Assembly: GCA_963767925.1 (NCBI GenBank)
Contig: CAVYGB010000002.1
Coordinates: forward strand, 1,280,001-1,344,000
Origin: an uncultured delta proteobacterium
GTDB taxonomy: Bacteria > Myxococcota_A > Polyangia > Fen-1088
Length of the DNA: 64,000 nt
Reading direction: 5' to 3'
Shown here: piece after piece, positions 43,272 through 52,705 of the stretch
How positions within the stretch are numbered: position 1 is the stretch's first letter
How the letters are laid out: each line of letters begins with the position of its first letter
Notes under the pieces: generated by a model
Seen by the model: only the letters and a program-made list of their open reading frames with translations
Told to the model about the DNA's origin: nothing
Database searches by the model: none
Translations under genes and position numbers: made by a program

Positions 43272-44639
43272 GTGATACGGGGGCTCTTCCGGGGCACCGT
43301 CCTCGAACCGGGGGACGCCGACTACACCTTGGCCTGCGCGGGGTTCAACGGTGAGACCACGCGGCGGCCCAGGTTGATCGTCCGCTGTGTCGACGATGGC
43401 GATGTCCAGGCGGCCGTCCGGCTCGCGGTGAACGAAGGCTTGCCGCTATCGGTGAGGGGAGGGGGCCACTCGATCGGTGGGTACGGGTCGGTGGACGGAG
43501 GCATCGTGGTCGACCTCCGCTCGAGGAGGCGGGTTTCGCTCGATCGAGAGGACGATGCAATTTCTGTGGAAGGCGGCTGTACCTGGGGCGAGGTGATCTA
43601 CCACTTGACTCGCGAGCACCGAGCCACGCCCGGTGGCTTCAGCGCTCGGGTGGGAGTTGGCGGCCTCACGCTCGGTGGCGGGTACGGGCTGCTGTCCCGA
43701 CTCCACGGGCTCGCCGCCGACAACCTCGTCCATGCCGACGTCGTCACGTCCGACGGCAACATGGTTCGAGCGGGAGCCGGAGACGCCGACCTGCTCTGGG
43801 CCATGAGGGGGGCGGGAGCCAACTTCGGGGCTGTCACTTCGCTGCGCTTGCGGGTGCACGCGGTGCCGCCCTTGCTGGTCGCTCAGGCCGTTTACCCACT
43901 GGACCAGGCGGGCGACCTCCTCCGGCGCTACGCCGAGCTCATTCCGGCCCTTCCGGATGCCACCACAGTCTACCTGGGCCTGGCCGGTCAGCCTGCGGGG
44001 GCGGGCGTCTTGACCTTCCTTGGCTTCCACCTCGGCGATCGGGCCGAGGCGGAGCGTCTGCTGGGTCCACTGGCGCGCCTCGGGCGGCCGCTCGTCGCTC
44101 AGATGCAGGCGGCGGCCTACTGGCGCATTCACGTTCCGGGGCCCGATAATTTCCTTCAGGAGGGCCATCACCACGCCTGGAAGGCGCATTTCCTGGCGTC
44201 GCTGGACGACGACGCCCTGGGGACTATCGCCGAGCACGCCCTTCAGGCCAGGAACCAGGATCTGCTGATCATGATCGAGCACCTGGGCGGCGCCATCGGC
44301 CGGGTCCGACCGGACGCGGCCGCATTTCCGCATCGCCACGCGTCCTTCGGAGTCGTCACCGCGGTGAAGTGGCGACCACCAGGCGCCGCCGATGACGCCC
44401 GCGCTATTCAGGGCAGCCTCCATCGGGCGCTGGCGCCCCGATCCATCGGGACCTATGTCAACTACGTCGGTAGTCCCCACGGTCCACTCGAGGTCGAGGC
44501 TGCCTACGGCGCGAACTTGCCGCGCCTCCGCCAGCTCAAGCGTCGCTTCGACCCCAGCAACCTCTTCCGCAGCAACGTGAACATCCTCCCCGCGGAGGCC
44601 TGCACGCCACTGCCCGGCGCTGGCCCGGAGCCCCGCTGA
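43272..44639 (+). CDS. FAD-binding oxidoreductase, berberine-bridge-enzyme-like
   Basis: SVRGGGHS (covalent FAD His), VGVGGLTLGGGYG.LSR.HGL..DN, DLLWAMRGAG.NFG.VT, YVNY..AYG.N..RL..LKRRFDP.NLF. Confidence 0.92.
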   Translation: MIRGLFRGTVLEPGDADYTLACAGFNGETTRRPRLIVRCVDDGDVQAAVRLAVNEGLPLSVRGGGHSIGGYGSVDGGIVVDLRSRRRVSLDREDDAISVEGGCTWGEVIYHLTREHRATPGGFSARVGVGGLTLGGGYGLLSRLHGLAADNLVHADVVTSDGNMVRAGAGDADLLWAMRGAGANFGAVTSLRLRVHAVPPLLVAQAVYPLDQAGDLLRRYAELIPALPDATTVYLGLAGQPAGAGVLTFLGFHLGDRAEAERLLGPLARLGRPLVAQMQAAAYWRIHVPGPDNFLQEGHHHAWKAHFLASLDDDALGTIAEHALQARNQDLLIMIEHLGGAIGRVRPDAAAFPHRHASFGVVTAVKWRPPGAADDARAIQGSLHRALAPRSIGTYVNYVGSPHGPLEVEAAYGANLPRLRQLKRRFDPSNLFRSNVNILPAEACTPLPGAGPEPR

Positions 44640-46264
44640 TGGACGTCCTCCTGGTGACCGATCTCGAGGGAGTGGCCGGAGTCGACGATGTCGGGGACCT
44701 CCTCGAGGGGACCCCAGGTTTCCCGGCCGCTCGAAAGCTCCTCGAGCGCGAGGTGGAGGCCGCCTGTCTGGGACTCCGGGAAGGTGCTGCCCGCGCAGAC
44801 AAGGTCCTCGTCTCCGACAGCCACCGCGGCGGCCCCTCTCCCACGCTCGACCCCCGAAATTTGCCGCCCGGAGCGCTCTTCTTCCGCGGCGCCGACGCCT
44901 ACGATCCATCGCTGCTCGACCGGGTGGACGCTGTCGCCTGTCTCGGCATGCACGCAGGTGACCGAGGCTTCACCCCTCACACAATCGATCTCTCCTGCCT
45001 GTGGGAGACGGAAGGACGTCCGGTCAGCGAGACTGACCTCTTGCTCGGCCTCGCCGCAGAACGGGGCTTACCGGTTGTCTTCGTCGCCGGCGACGATGCC
45101 CTGGCCCCCGGGGTTCCCTTCGTCCCCACCAAGACGGCGCTGTCGGCGATTCGCGCACGCTCGCGTGATCCAGCGGCTGTGGCGACGGAGATCCGCCGCG
45201 CCGCTGCGGGCAAGCCCGTGCCGGCGCCGGGTCTGACCGGCACTCTGGCAGTGAGGTTCCGCAGTCGATGGATGGCCGAGGTCGCCGAGCGCGCCGGAGG
45301 GCTACGCCTCGACGAGACGGCGGTTCGCCTTCCGGAGGGCTCTCTCTCGCAACGAATCGCCCACGGTCGCCGTCTCGTACACGCCGTGTCGGACCCGATG
45401 TTCGCGGCCTTCCGTCCCTGGGCGTTGCCCGAGGAAGCCTCCACCCTGGCAGCGCGCTCCTTCGAGAGGAGAGACCCAACGCCTCGGCAGTCCGAGGCCC
45501 GGCGCGCCCTGACTGCCTTCCTGTCGGGCTCCGAGGGTCCCGACGATTGGTGTCGAGCGAACCGCGCCCTCACCCTCCACATGCTCGAAGGTCATGCCCC
45601 CGCGTTCTTCGCTGCCGAGGACCTGGCCCCCGTCCTCGGCGAGGCCGTGGAACGGCTGGCCTTGGTCCCCCGAGACTTTCCGCCGGCGCTCGATCCGGTC
45701 CAGGCCATGGCCCGGCTCGACGCCATCTACGTACTTCATGAGCGCGGCCACCCTGCCCCGGTGGACGGGGACCAGCTGGCCCGCTTCGCGTCGACCACGC
45801 GTTCCTCGAACGTGCCTTTCGCGTGGTTGCTCGGCGAGATCGCTCATCAGATCGGCCTCCCGGGCCGGCTCGCCCTCCCTCCCCGCCCCTACCGACGGGG
45901 CATGCGGATCATCGACCTCTTCTGGGTGACGCACCAGATCCTCCTGGAGACCCGCTATCTTCGCAAGCCGCTCCCTGCCCGTGGCTGGGAGACCGCCACG
46001 GAAGAGCTCCTCCTGGCCACCCCCTTCGTCGTCGAAAACGGCCACCTGGACCTCGCCGCCCAGCTCTGCTTTTGCCTCACAACCGCTGGGGAGGGACGGG
46101 CCCCGGAACGTGAGCGCCTGCTCGCGAGCCTGGCGTCTCATCAAAACTCTCGTGGGGAAGTCATCGAGGACTCCACCGCCAGGCTCCGGTCTGCCGACGT
46201 TCGACGCCGCCTCGAGACCCATTGCACGGCTGCGGCCCTCCTCGCCTTTGCGACTGCCTGCTGA
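44639..46264 (+). CDS. M55 (DppA-like) metallo-aminopeptidase domain fused to a helical C-terminal domain (DUF6895-like)
   Basis: TDLEGVAGV, VSDSH, GMHA, HT, SETD, FVAGDD, TK (M55). C-terminal FWVTHQI..HLDLAAQL..LASHQ..G..HCTAAALLA. TGATG coupling to the upstream gene. Confidence 0.75.
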   Translation: MDVLLVTDLEGVAGVDDVGDLLEGTPGFPAARKLLEREVEAACLGLREGAARADKVLVSDSHRGGPSPTLDPRNLPPGALFFRGADAYDPSLLDRVDAVACLGMHAGDRGFTPHTIDLSCLWETEGRPVSETDLLLGLAAERGLPVVFVAGDDALAPGVPFVPTKTALSAIRARSRDPAAVATEIRRAAAGKPVPAPGLTGTLAVRFRSRWMAEVAERAGGLRLDETAVRLPEGSLSQRIAHGRRLVHAVSDPMFAAFRPWALPEEASTLAARSFERRDPTPRQSEARRALTAFLSGSEGPDDWCRANRALTLHMLEGHAPAFFAAEDLAPVLGEAVERLALVPRDFPPALDPVQAMARLDAIYVLHERGHPAPVDGDQLARFASTTRSSNVPFAWLLGEIAHQIGLPGRLALPPRPYRRGMRIIDLFWVTHQILLETRYLRKPLPARGWETATEELLLATPFVVENGHLDLAAQLCFCLTTAGEGRAPERERLLASLASHQNSRGEVIEDSTARLRSADVRRRLETHCTAAALLAFATAC

Positions 46265-46271
46265 GGCGCTC

Positions 46272-46310
46272 GCGCCCGAACCCTGCGTGACGGCCGCGCA
46301 GGGTTCGGCG
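46272..46310. terminator. GC hairpin between convergent genes
   Basis: ccgaaccctgcg...cgcagggttcgg inverted repeat. Confidence 0.5.
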
Positions 46311-46322
46311 TCTGGTGGCCCT

Positions 46323-46937
46323 CTACTGAGATCGGGGCGGCCGGGATTCGATCTTGCCGAGGGGGAGGACGGGTTTGTCGGGGGGAGGGGGGAGCTCGGC
46401 GGGTTTGCGGGTGGGATCGGTGTCGTCGATCCAGCGCAGGGTGATGAGGCGGAGCTTCATGTTGCGGGGGAACGTCGAGCGAACCAGCTGCTTGAGCTGG
46501 TCGGGAGTGGCGCCCTCCCGGCGGCGTTTGAGAAGGGTTCGCACCTCGGGTGGGGGATCGATCTCGGCACGGCCGAGATCGGCCGTCAGGGACAGCTCTT
46601 CGGGAGTGTATTCCTTCAGGGCGCGCGTGACAGCGGATGGGTCTCCGGGCGGGGCGCCCCGCTGGGCCTGGTCGGGACGCAGCGGGGGCATGCGGGTGGC
46701 CGGACGGGCAGGCGCTGCGGCCTGGCGAGCGGCAGGTACCGTCGGCTCATCGGTGGGCGAGGGGGGAGGGGCGGCCTCGGAGGGCGCCTGTGCGGTGGGC
46801 GGCACCGGATCCGCGGTCACGGCCGGGGCGGGCGCGGGCGCGGGCACGGAGACAACCGCCGGCCGAGGGCGCAGCCAGAAGACCGCTGCCGCTGCGGCCA
46901 GGGCCAGCAGCACCGGCACGATGATCCGCGCCTTCAT
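46323..46937 (-). CDS. Membrane-anchored Pro/Ala-rich hypothetical protein
   Basis: N-terminal TM helix. ATGA overlap with the upstream peptidase gene. Confidence 0.65.
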   Translation of the reverse strand: MKARIIVPVLLALAAAAAVFWLRPRPAVVSVPAPAPAPAVTADPVPPTAQAPSEAAPPPSPTDEPTVPAARQAAAPARPATRMPPLRPDQAQRGAPPGDPSAVTRALKEYTPEELSLTADLGRAEIDPPPEVRTLLKRRREGATPDQLKQLVRSTFPRNMKLRLITLRWIDDTDPTRKPAELPPPPDKPVLPLGKIESRPPRSQ

Positions 46938-49270
46938 ACGCCCTGACCCGGCGGCGGGGTGGTGGTTCCCGTCGGTGGCGGGGTGGGCGGGGTGGTTCCC
47001 GGGGGAGTGCTCCCCGGCTGCGAGGTCGGCGGCGGCGGCATGCTGACGCTGCCGCTGCCGGGCCGGTCACCGAGCTGCACGAGGTTTGCCTTGAAGCTGT
47101 TGTTCCCCCAGACGTCCGCCACCCTCAGCATGAGGATGTAGGCGCCTGCAGAGGCGGTGTTCAGCCCGAACTGGACCGTACCGTTGGCGGGGATGTAGAC
47201 GCCGGTCGGGGAGAGCTGCTTCTCGATCACCCCCATCTCCAGATCGAACACCTGGAGCGTCGGCACGAAGACGGCCTTGTCGAAGACGCCCGCGAGCTCC
47301 GCCAGGGTGAAGACGCGAAAGCGCCCACCACCCAGGTCCAGGACGACATTGGTCGCTCCGCCAGTCTTGGGGTCGACAAGCAGGCTGGCGGGGAGGGCGC
47401 TTTCTCCATCCTGCACCACGCCCTCGGCGGCCAGGTAGGGCGTCTGGTAGGTCTGCCCCTGCGCGGTGAACGCCCAGGGCGTGAGCGACACAGGCAGGTT
47501 CTCCGGGTTGGCGACCAGGACGGAGTGCTTTCCATCCCAGGTCAGCGCGTGCTCTCCGGCACCGATAAAGCCGTGGGCGATGGACCCGAAAAGAGTCGCG
47601 TAGCGGGCGCTCCTGGCCTGAAACAGCAGCCCTTCCACGTAGGCCGTGTCGTCTCCCGTGATCTGGAAGGCCACTTGCGCCGCGTCGTCCGGCTTCGGTG
47701 GGGAGGTCACGGTGGCGGTCGCCGTCACCGTCGGTCCGGTCGCCGGCATCGCCGCCCGGAGCATGTTCAGCGAGGCGCCCCATCCAGTGGCTCGCTCCCA
47801 GGGCCCTGCCAGCCGCGGGTAGAGGCCCAGAGTCTCCGGGTCGATCAGCTTGACCGGGCCTCCATACACGTGGAGACCGAGCTGGGCCTTCCGGATATCC
47901 CCGGCCGCAACGGCCAGACGAGCCGCCAGCGCAGCGTCGTAGGCCCGGGAGGCTGCGCCGCTGAGGGCCAGGTTGCTCCCCCCCTTCAGGGTCTCGAGGA
48001 TGTTTCCGATGTCGCGCAGGTCCAGCCCGCCGCTGTCCGCACCGCTGAAATACCCCGGGAAGCTCAGATACAGCCCGCGCGCGGCCAGGGCCGGGCCGCC
48101 CGGGGTCCTCATCTGATCACTGACCGTCTTCATCGCGGTCATGAAGGTCCCGAACTTCTCGGTGTCCCACACGGCGTGCGAGCGAAACATGGTGTCCATG
48201 CCCCCGGCCTTCCGGTGGTGCTCGTCCCACTGCGCGGCCTCGGCGACGGCGAACTCCTTGCCGGTGGCTGAAGCGTTGGCGCTCAACCAGGTCAACGTCT
48301 CCGTGTAGTCGAACCCGTCGCCATAATCGAGCTCGGCGTTGGCGATGAAGACCTTGGTGAGATCCGCGAAAGGAGGGATCACCTCGACCCCCGACATCAA
48401 GCAGGTGTCGAACCCGAAGATGTCGAGCGGACGGACACCGCCGAGACCGGCCCGCTGAAGCCCCGCCCGTACGGCAGAGGCCACGCTGTCGACGGCCATG
48501 CCCGGCGCTCGCTCGCGCGTGTTGTCCTGGTTGTCTCCGCCGAAGCCGCCCCGCCAGGCTCCACCGTGGTCCCACAGGATGACGCCGTAGCGATCCGCGG
48601 GGAACTGCTTGAAGGTGGCTTCGATCGCCGAGGCCAGGATGGTGGGATCATCGAAGTCGAGCTCGTTCTCGGCCCCGAGCTCCTGGGGCTCCTGCCCGTT
48701 TCCAGTGATCCGGTACCAGAACGCTCCCGGCGGAAACATCGGACCACCAGCCATGACCCGCACCTTGGCGTTCCAGTCGACCAGCGCGATGAACTGGACG
48801 TTGTCGCCGATCTTCGCCTGGCTCATCTCCGCTATGTCGCGCAGCAAGGACGGGCTCAGCGAGTGGTCGCCGTGCCCATAAAAGAAGATGGTCCACTTGG
48901 CCCCGCCGGCGCCCGGTCGTTGCCCGCTGCCGGCGAGCCCGGCGAGGTTCGCGAAGCCCGCCTCGCGAGGCAGCGGCGTCTGCCCATCCGCCCCGGTGAC
49001 CGGAGCGGGACTGGTGCCCCCGCCGACAGCGACCGTCTGGGTGGGGGCGCTCATGTTCGGGCCCGGCCCACCGCCCCGGAGGCAGACTCCGGACTGGCAA
49101 CTCAGCCCCGGATCACATTGATTGGTGCTCGTGCAGGCGCAGGTCTCGACGCCGACGACACAGGAGCTTGCATCGCCGCTCCCGGTACAAGCGGGGACGA
49201 GCGAAACGGCAGCGCCGAACAGCCCGAAGAGCGTGAGGAAACCGACTCGAGGACCGACTGGTGTCTTCAT
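46934..49270 (-). CDS. Clostripain-family (C11) cysteine peptidase lipoprotein with Cys-rich N-terminal module
   Basis: Lipobox VPAC. CVVGVETCACTSTNQCDPGLSCQSGVC. KWTIFFYGHGDHSL, FPADRYGVILWDHGGAW (His), GFDTCLM (Cys). Confidence 0.88.
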   Translation of the reverse strand: MKTPVGPRVGFLTLFGLFGAAVSLVPACTGSGDASSCVVGVETCACTSTNQCDPGLSCQSGVCLRGGGPGPNMSAPTQTVAVGGGTSPAPVTGADGQTPLPREAGFANLAGLAGSGQRPGAGGAKWTIFFYGHGDHSLSPSLLRDIAEMSQAKIGDNVQFIALVDWNAKVRVMAGGPMFPPGAFWYRITGNGQEPQELGAENELDFDDPTILASAIEATFKQFPADRYGVILWDHGGAWRGGFGGDNQDNTRERAPGMAVDSVASAVRAGLQRAGLGGVRPLDIFGFDTCLMSGVEVIPPFADLTKVFIANAELDYGDGFDYTETLTWLSANASATGKEFAVAEAAQWDEHHRKAGGMDTMFRSHAVWDTEKFGTFMTAMKTVSDQMRTPGGPALAARGLYLSFPGYFSGADSGGLDLRDIGNILETLKGGSNLALSGAASRAYDAALAARLAVAAGDIRKAQLGLHVYGGPVKLIDPETLGLYPRLAGPWERATGWGASLNMLRAAMPATGPTVTATATVTSPPKPDDAAQVAFQITGDDTAYVEGLLFQARSARYATLFGSIAHGFIGAGEHALTWDGKHSVLVANPENLPVSLTPWAFTAQGQTYQTPYLAAEGVVQDGESALPASLLVDPKTGGATNVVLDLGGGRFRVFTLAELAGVFDKAVFVPTLQVFDLEMGVIEKQLSPTGVYIPANGTVQFGLNTASAGAYILMLRVADVWGNNSFKANLVQLGDRPGSGSVSMPPPPTSQPGSTPPGTTPPTPPPTGTTTPPPGQGV

Positions 49271-49692
49271 CTGGAGGACCTCTCGCTGAAAAATGGAACA
49301 CTGAGCAAAGAAGCGTGCATAAGCTAACCGAAGAGCCGCAACACGTCCATCGCAGTGCTTGCACCAGGCGCGTTGTCGGATATGTAGTCTCCCGGCTTCG
49401 GATGCACGCCGGAAAAGTTGCGCGATTCTCGCGAGAAAAGCGGGTAGGCGGGCCGCCAGCCCGCTCTGGCCCGCTCCTCTGGGCCGGTCGAAGTCTCCCT
49501 TCCAGAAGGAAGGCGGGCTTCACCGCCGCTCCGCTTCTCGCTTTTCTACGCGCGGTAACGTGACTAAGCTGGCCCCTATATACTGCGTTGCGCTAACGCC
49601 ACCCGCATCGAATCCAGTAGCAACTCGTCGCAGGCGCAACCGACAAGAGCCGCCACAGGCATAACGCGCACGTCAGCGAAAGGATCTTCAAC

Positions 49693-51285
49693 ATGGCTTC
49701 GACGATCGACAACCGCAGCTCGGTGCACAGCGCCCCACCCACCGTCACCGAAGACGCCGGTGCAGCCAAGAGCGTCTCCAGCCTCCCGGCCCAGGGCCCC
49801 ATCTCCGGTGAGCAGGCTCGGGATGCCATCAAGCAGGCCACCCAGGATCTCGACGGGCAGGCCGCCGGCCTCGAATACAACCAGCTCAAGGACTGGGCCT
49901 CCGCCAACAAGGACCGCCTGTCACCGGAGGCGCAGAAGCTGTTCCAGATCTACGACCGATACGCGCTCGACGCCCTCAAGCAAGGCAAGACCGGCATCGA
50001 CACCGGCAACTACGACAAGATGCTCAAGGAGATGGACGGCGCCCTCCCTCCGACCTGGCAGAAGATGGACAAGATCGAGGGAAGCTGGCACCAGGCGTCC
50101 AATCTCCAGCAGAACGTCTTCGGGGAGATCAAAGACGCCTACAAGGACTTCAAGGAGCTCCTGAACCGCCAGCCGACCTACAACGACAGCGGCGCGGGCA
50201 AGGCCCTCCGGGATCTCGACAACAAGACCACCCTCGACAGCATCCGCAACGCCGGCCTCTCCGGCTCCGGCCGACAGGCCAGCGTGAGCGGCACCGACAT
50301 GGTCGACACGATCGACAAGGCCACCTCCGACCTCGATGGCCAGGCGGCCGGCCTCGAGTACCGCGACGTCAAGACCTGGCAGGACGCGAACAAGAACAAC
50401 CTCTCGCCGGAGGCCAAGAAGGTCCTCGACATCTACGACAAGTACGCCACAAAGGCGCTGGGCGAAGGGCGCACCCATCTCACCCAGGACGAGCACAAGT
50501 CGATGATCGCCGAGATGCGCGAGGCAGCCAAGCCCCAGCAAAAGGCCACGGAGTACAACGACAAGAGCGCGGGCAAGGCCATCGAGACCCTGAACGACAA
50601 GCTTCGGGGCCCAGGACAGGGCGACATCAGCGGCAAGGACATGACCAACGCCATAAACCGTGGCACGAAGGACGGCGACGGTCAGGCGGCGGGCCTCGAA
50701 TACCGCGACTTCAAGACCTGGTTCAACGAGAACAAGGACAAGCTCTCTCCGGAAGCCAAGAAAGTCATGGAGATCTACGACCGCTACGCGACCAAGGTCA
50801 TGGGCGATGGGCGCACCTCCTTCACCGCCGCCGAACACAAGGCGATGATCGCGGAAATGCGACAGGCGGAGAAGCCTGCGGCCCAGCACCTCGACGCGGG
50901 TGCGGGCAAGGCGATCGACGGTCTCAACGAGAAGCTCGGCCAGAAGAGCGGATCGAAGATCGATGGCCAGGAGCTGACCCAGGCAATCTTGAAGGGCACG
51001 GAAGACCTCGACAATCAGGCCGCCGGCCTCGAATACGACGAGTTCCGGAAGTGGGCCAACGAGAACGCTGCCTCCCTCTCGCCCGAGGCCAAGAAGGTGA
51101 TGGAGATCTACGACAAGTACGTCACCGAGGCTCACAAGCAGGGCCGCACCGGCATCCTGCCGGAGGACCACGCCAAGATGGTCACCGAGATGCAAGACGC
51201 CTCAAAGCCGAAGCTGACGGCGACCGACGTGATGAACGCGTACAGCTTCGAAGACATCCGCGCGCGGCTCCCGCACAAGGGCTAA
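49693..51285 (+). CDS. Hypothetical protein with four ~100-aa helical repeats
   Basis: Four copies of D.D[GN]QAAGLEY..W...N...LSPEA.K...IYD[RK]Y....G.T......KM..EM. No signal peptide. SD aagga. Confidence 0.88.
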   Translation: MASTIDNRSSVHSAPPTVTEDAGAAKSVSSLPAQGPISGEQARDAIKQATQDLDGQAAGLEYNQLKDWASANKDRLSPEAQKLFQIYDRYALDALKQGKTGIDTGNYDKMLKEMDGALPPTWQKMDKIEGSWHQASNLQQNVFGEIKDAYKDFKELLNRQPTYNDSGAGKALRDLDNKTTLDSIRNAGLSGSGRQASVSGTDMVDTIDKATSDLDGQAAGLEYRDVKTWQDANKNNLSPEAKKVLDIYDKYATKALGEGRTHLTQDEHKSMIAEMREAAKPQQKATEYNDKSAGKAIETLNDKLRGPGQGDISGKDMTNAINRGTKDGDGQAAGLEYRDFKTWFNENKDKLSPEAKKVMEIYDRYATKVMGDGRTSFTAAEHKAMIAEMRQAEKPAAQHLDAGAGKAIDGLNEKLGQKSGSKIDGQELTQAILKGTEDLDNQAAGLEYDEFRKWANENAASLSPEAKKVMEIYDKYVTEAHKQGRTGILPEDHAKMVTEMQDASKPKLTATDVMNAYSFEDIRARLPHKG

Positions 51286-51405
51286 CTCCCCGAGCGAGGT
51301 GATGGCCGCGGCCTCCGGGCCCGGCCGTCCCCCTCGGTTCGCGCCGCCGTCGCCGTCACGCCACGTGCGCCCGAGAGCGCGCGTACGACCTGCCGGATCG
51401 GCCCC

Positions 51406-52188
51406 CTACTGCATCCTCCGGGCGCGCCCGTCGAACTGCACCTGGCATGTTTCCGTGAGACCGGGCTCGCGGGTGGAGAACTTGAACCTGGCCATCGTGA
51501 CGGCGACATCGCCGCTGACCAGGATCGTACCGCCGACGGGCGTGACGACGTAAGAGGACTCGCCTTCGGCGAAGCTACAGGGAGGGGCCGTCCGGTAGGT
51601 GGCGGTAGCGCCGCTGACGTCGAGCCGAAACGTGCATGGCTCGGCGAACTCCCACAATGGCGCGTCGACACCCTTCTCGAGCTGGAACGTCCCGCTGAGC
51701 GATTCGACGGAGGGGCCGCTCACCTCGCAGTTCCAGGTCTCGGAGCCACTGGTGAACTCCCAGGTGCCCAGAAAGGCCGTGACGTCGGCGACTGGAGGCT
51801 CCGGGGCGGGCGGTACCGGCCCTCCGACGGTGCCACCACCGGCCCCGCCCGCACCCGTTCCGCCAATCCCGGTCCCGCCGGAACCGATGTTTCCCGGACT
51901 GATCCCACCCGCGCCGTCCGATGCAGCGTCCGGACGGAAGATGGGGCCGATCCCGCTTCCGCCCGCCCCGCCTGCTCCATCGGGATCGCCGGGCACGCTG
52001 CTACCGCCGCCGGCATCGCGGAGCAGGCCTCCGAAGAGGCCGCCACCGCCGCTGGGGCTCGGCGGGGCGGCGCCGGCTGGAGGTACAGGCTCATTGCGGG
52101 GGCTGCTGCAGGAAAGGGCGAGAGCGACCATCCAAAACCTGGGAAGCCGTCCCCGCACTCCCTCTTGGTCCAGCACACCGAGATGCAT
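51406..52188 (-). CDS. Hypothetical lipoprotein with Gly-rich linker and small C-terminal beta domain
   Basis: LALSC lipobox-like motif, GGAGG linker, FLGTWEFTSGS..C. Start uncertain (52188 or 52131). Confidence 0.6.
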   Translation of the reverse strand: MHLGVLDQEGVRGRLPRFWMVALALSCSSPRNEPVPPAGAAPPSPSGGGGLFGGLLRDAGGGSSVPGDPDGAGGAGGSGIGPIFRPDAASDGAGGISPGNIGSGGTGIGGTGAGGAGGGTVGGPVPPAPEPPVADVTAFLGTWEFTSGSETWNCEVSGPSVESLSGTFQLEKGVDAPLWEFAEPCTFRLDVSGATATYRTAPPCSFAEGESSYVVTPVGGTILVSGDVAVTMARFKFSTREPGLTETCQVQFDGRARRMQ

Positions 52189-52328
52189 GGCGTCCATATA
52201 ACATGCCGGAATCAGTGCGTGAGCCACCGCTGCTCCCGCACCGAGCGACCAGAAACACCCCGACGCTGAGGCGGGCCTGTCTCGGAGAGCCGCCTCGCTG
52301 ATGCGACGCCACTTCGAACCCGCTGCGC

Positions 52329-52565
52329 CTAGCGAGCGGCGAAGTTCGAGCGGGCGTACGACTCGAGGTATCCGCACGTGCGGCAGCGGTAAGTGCCGAT
52401 GGGGATGAGCGTGTCTTCGGGCGAGCGGGCTCCTTCCCAGAAAGACTTTTCCGGGTGACCGCCGGCCCAGTGGCTCACGCCGCGGGCGCCGTAGGTGTTG
52501 TCGACGGTGAAGCCTTGTTCCATCTTGCCGGCGCACTTGGGGCAGGTCGTGGGTATGTTCGACAT
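52329..52565 (-). CDS. Small zinc-ribbon protein (PF20097/DUF6487-like)
   Basis: CPKCAGKMEQGF...W...YRCRTCGYLESYA. Confidence 0.7.
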   Translation of the reverse strand: MSNIPTTCPKCAGKMEQGFTVDNTYGARGVSHWAGGHPEKSFWEGARSPEDTLIPIGTYRCRTCGYLESYARSNFAAR

Positions 52566-52705
52566 GGGTGGATCCTGGGTGGGGAATGATACATGGGCGC
52601 TGGCGGCGGCAGCTGGTCCCGGGCCCCGATCGTCGAACGACCCTGTAGTCCGCCACAGCAAGATCCTCCAAGTTTGGGGTGGGGGGTGGGTGTAGAAAAC
52701 GGGCG

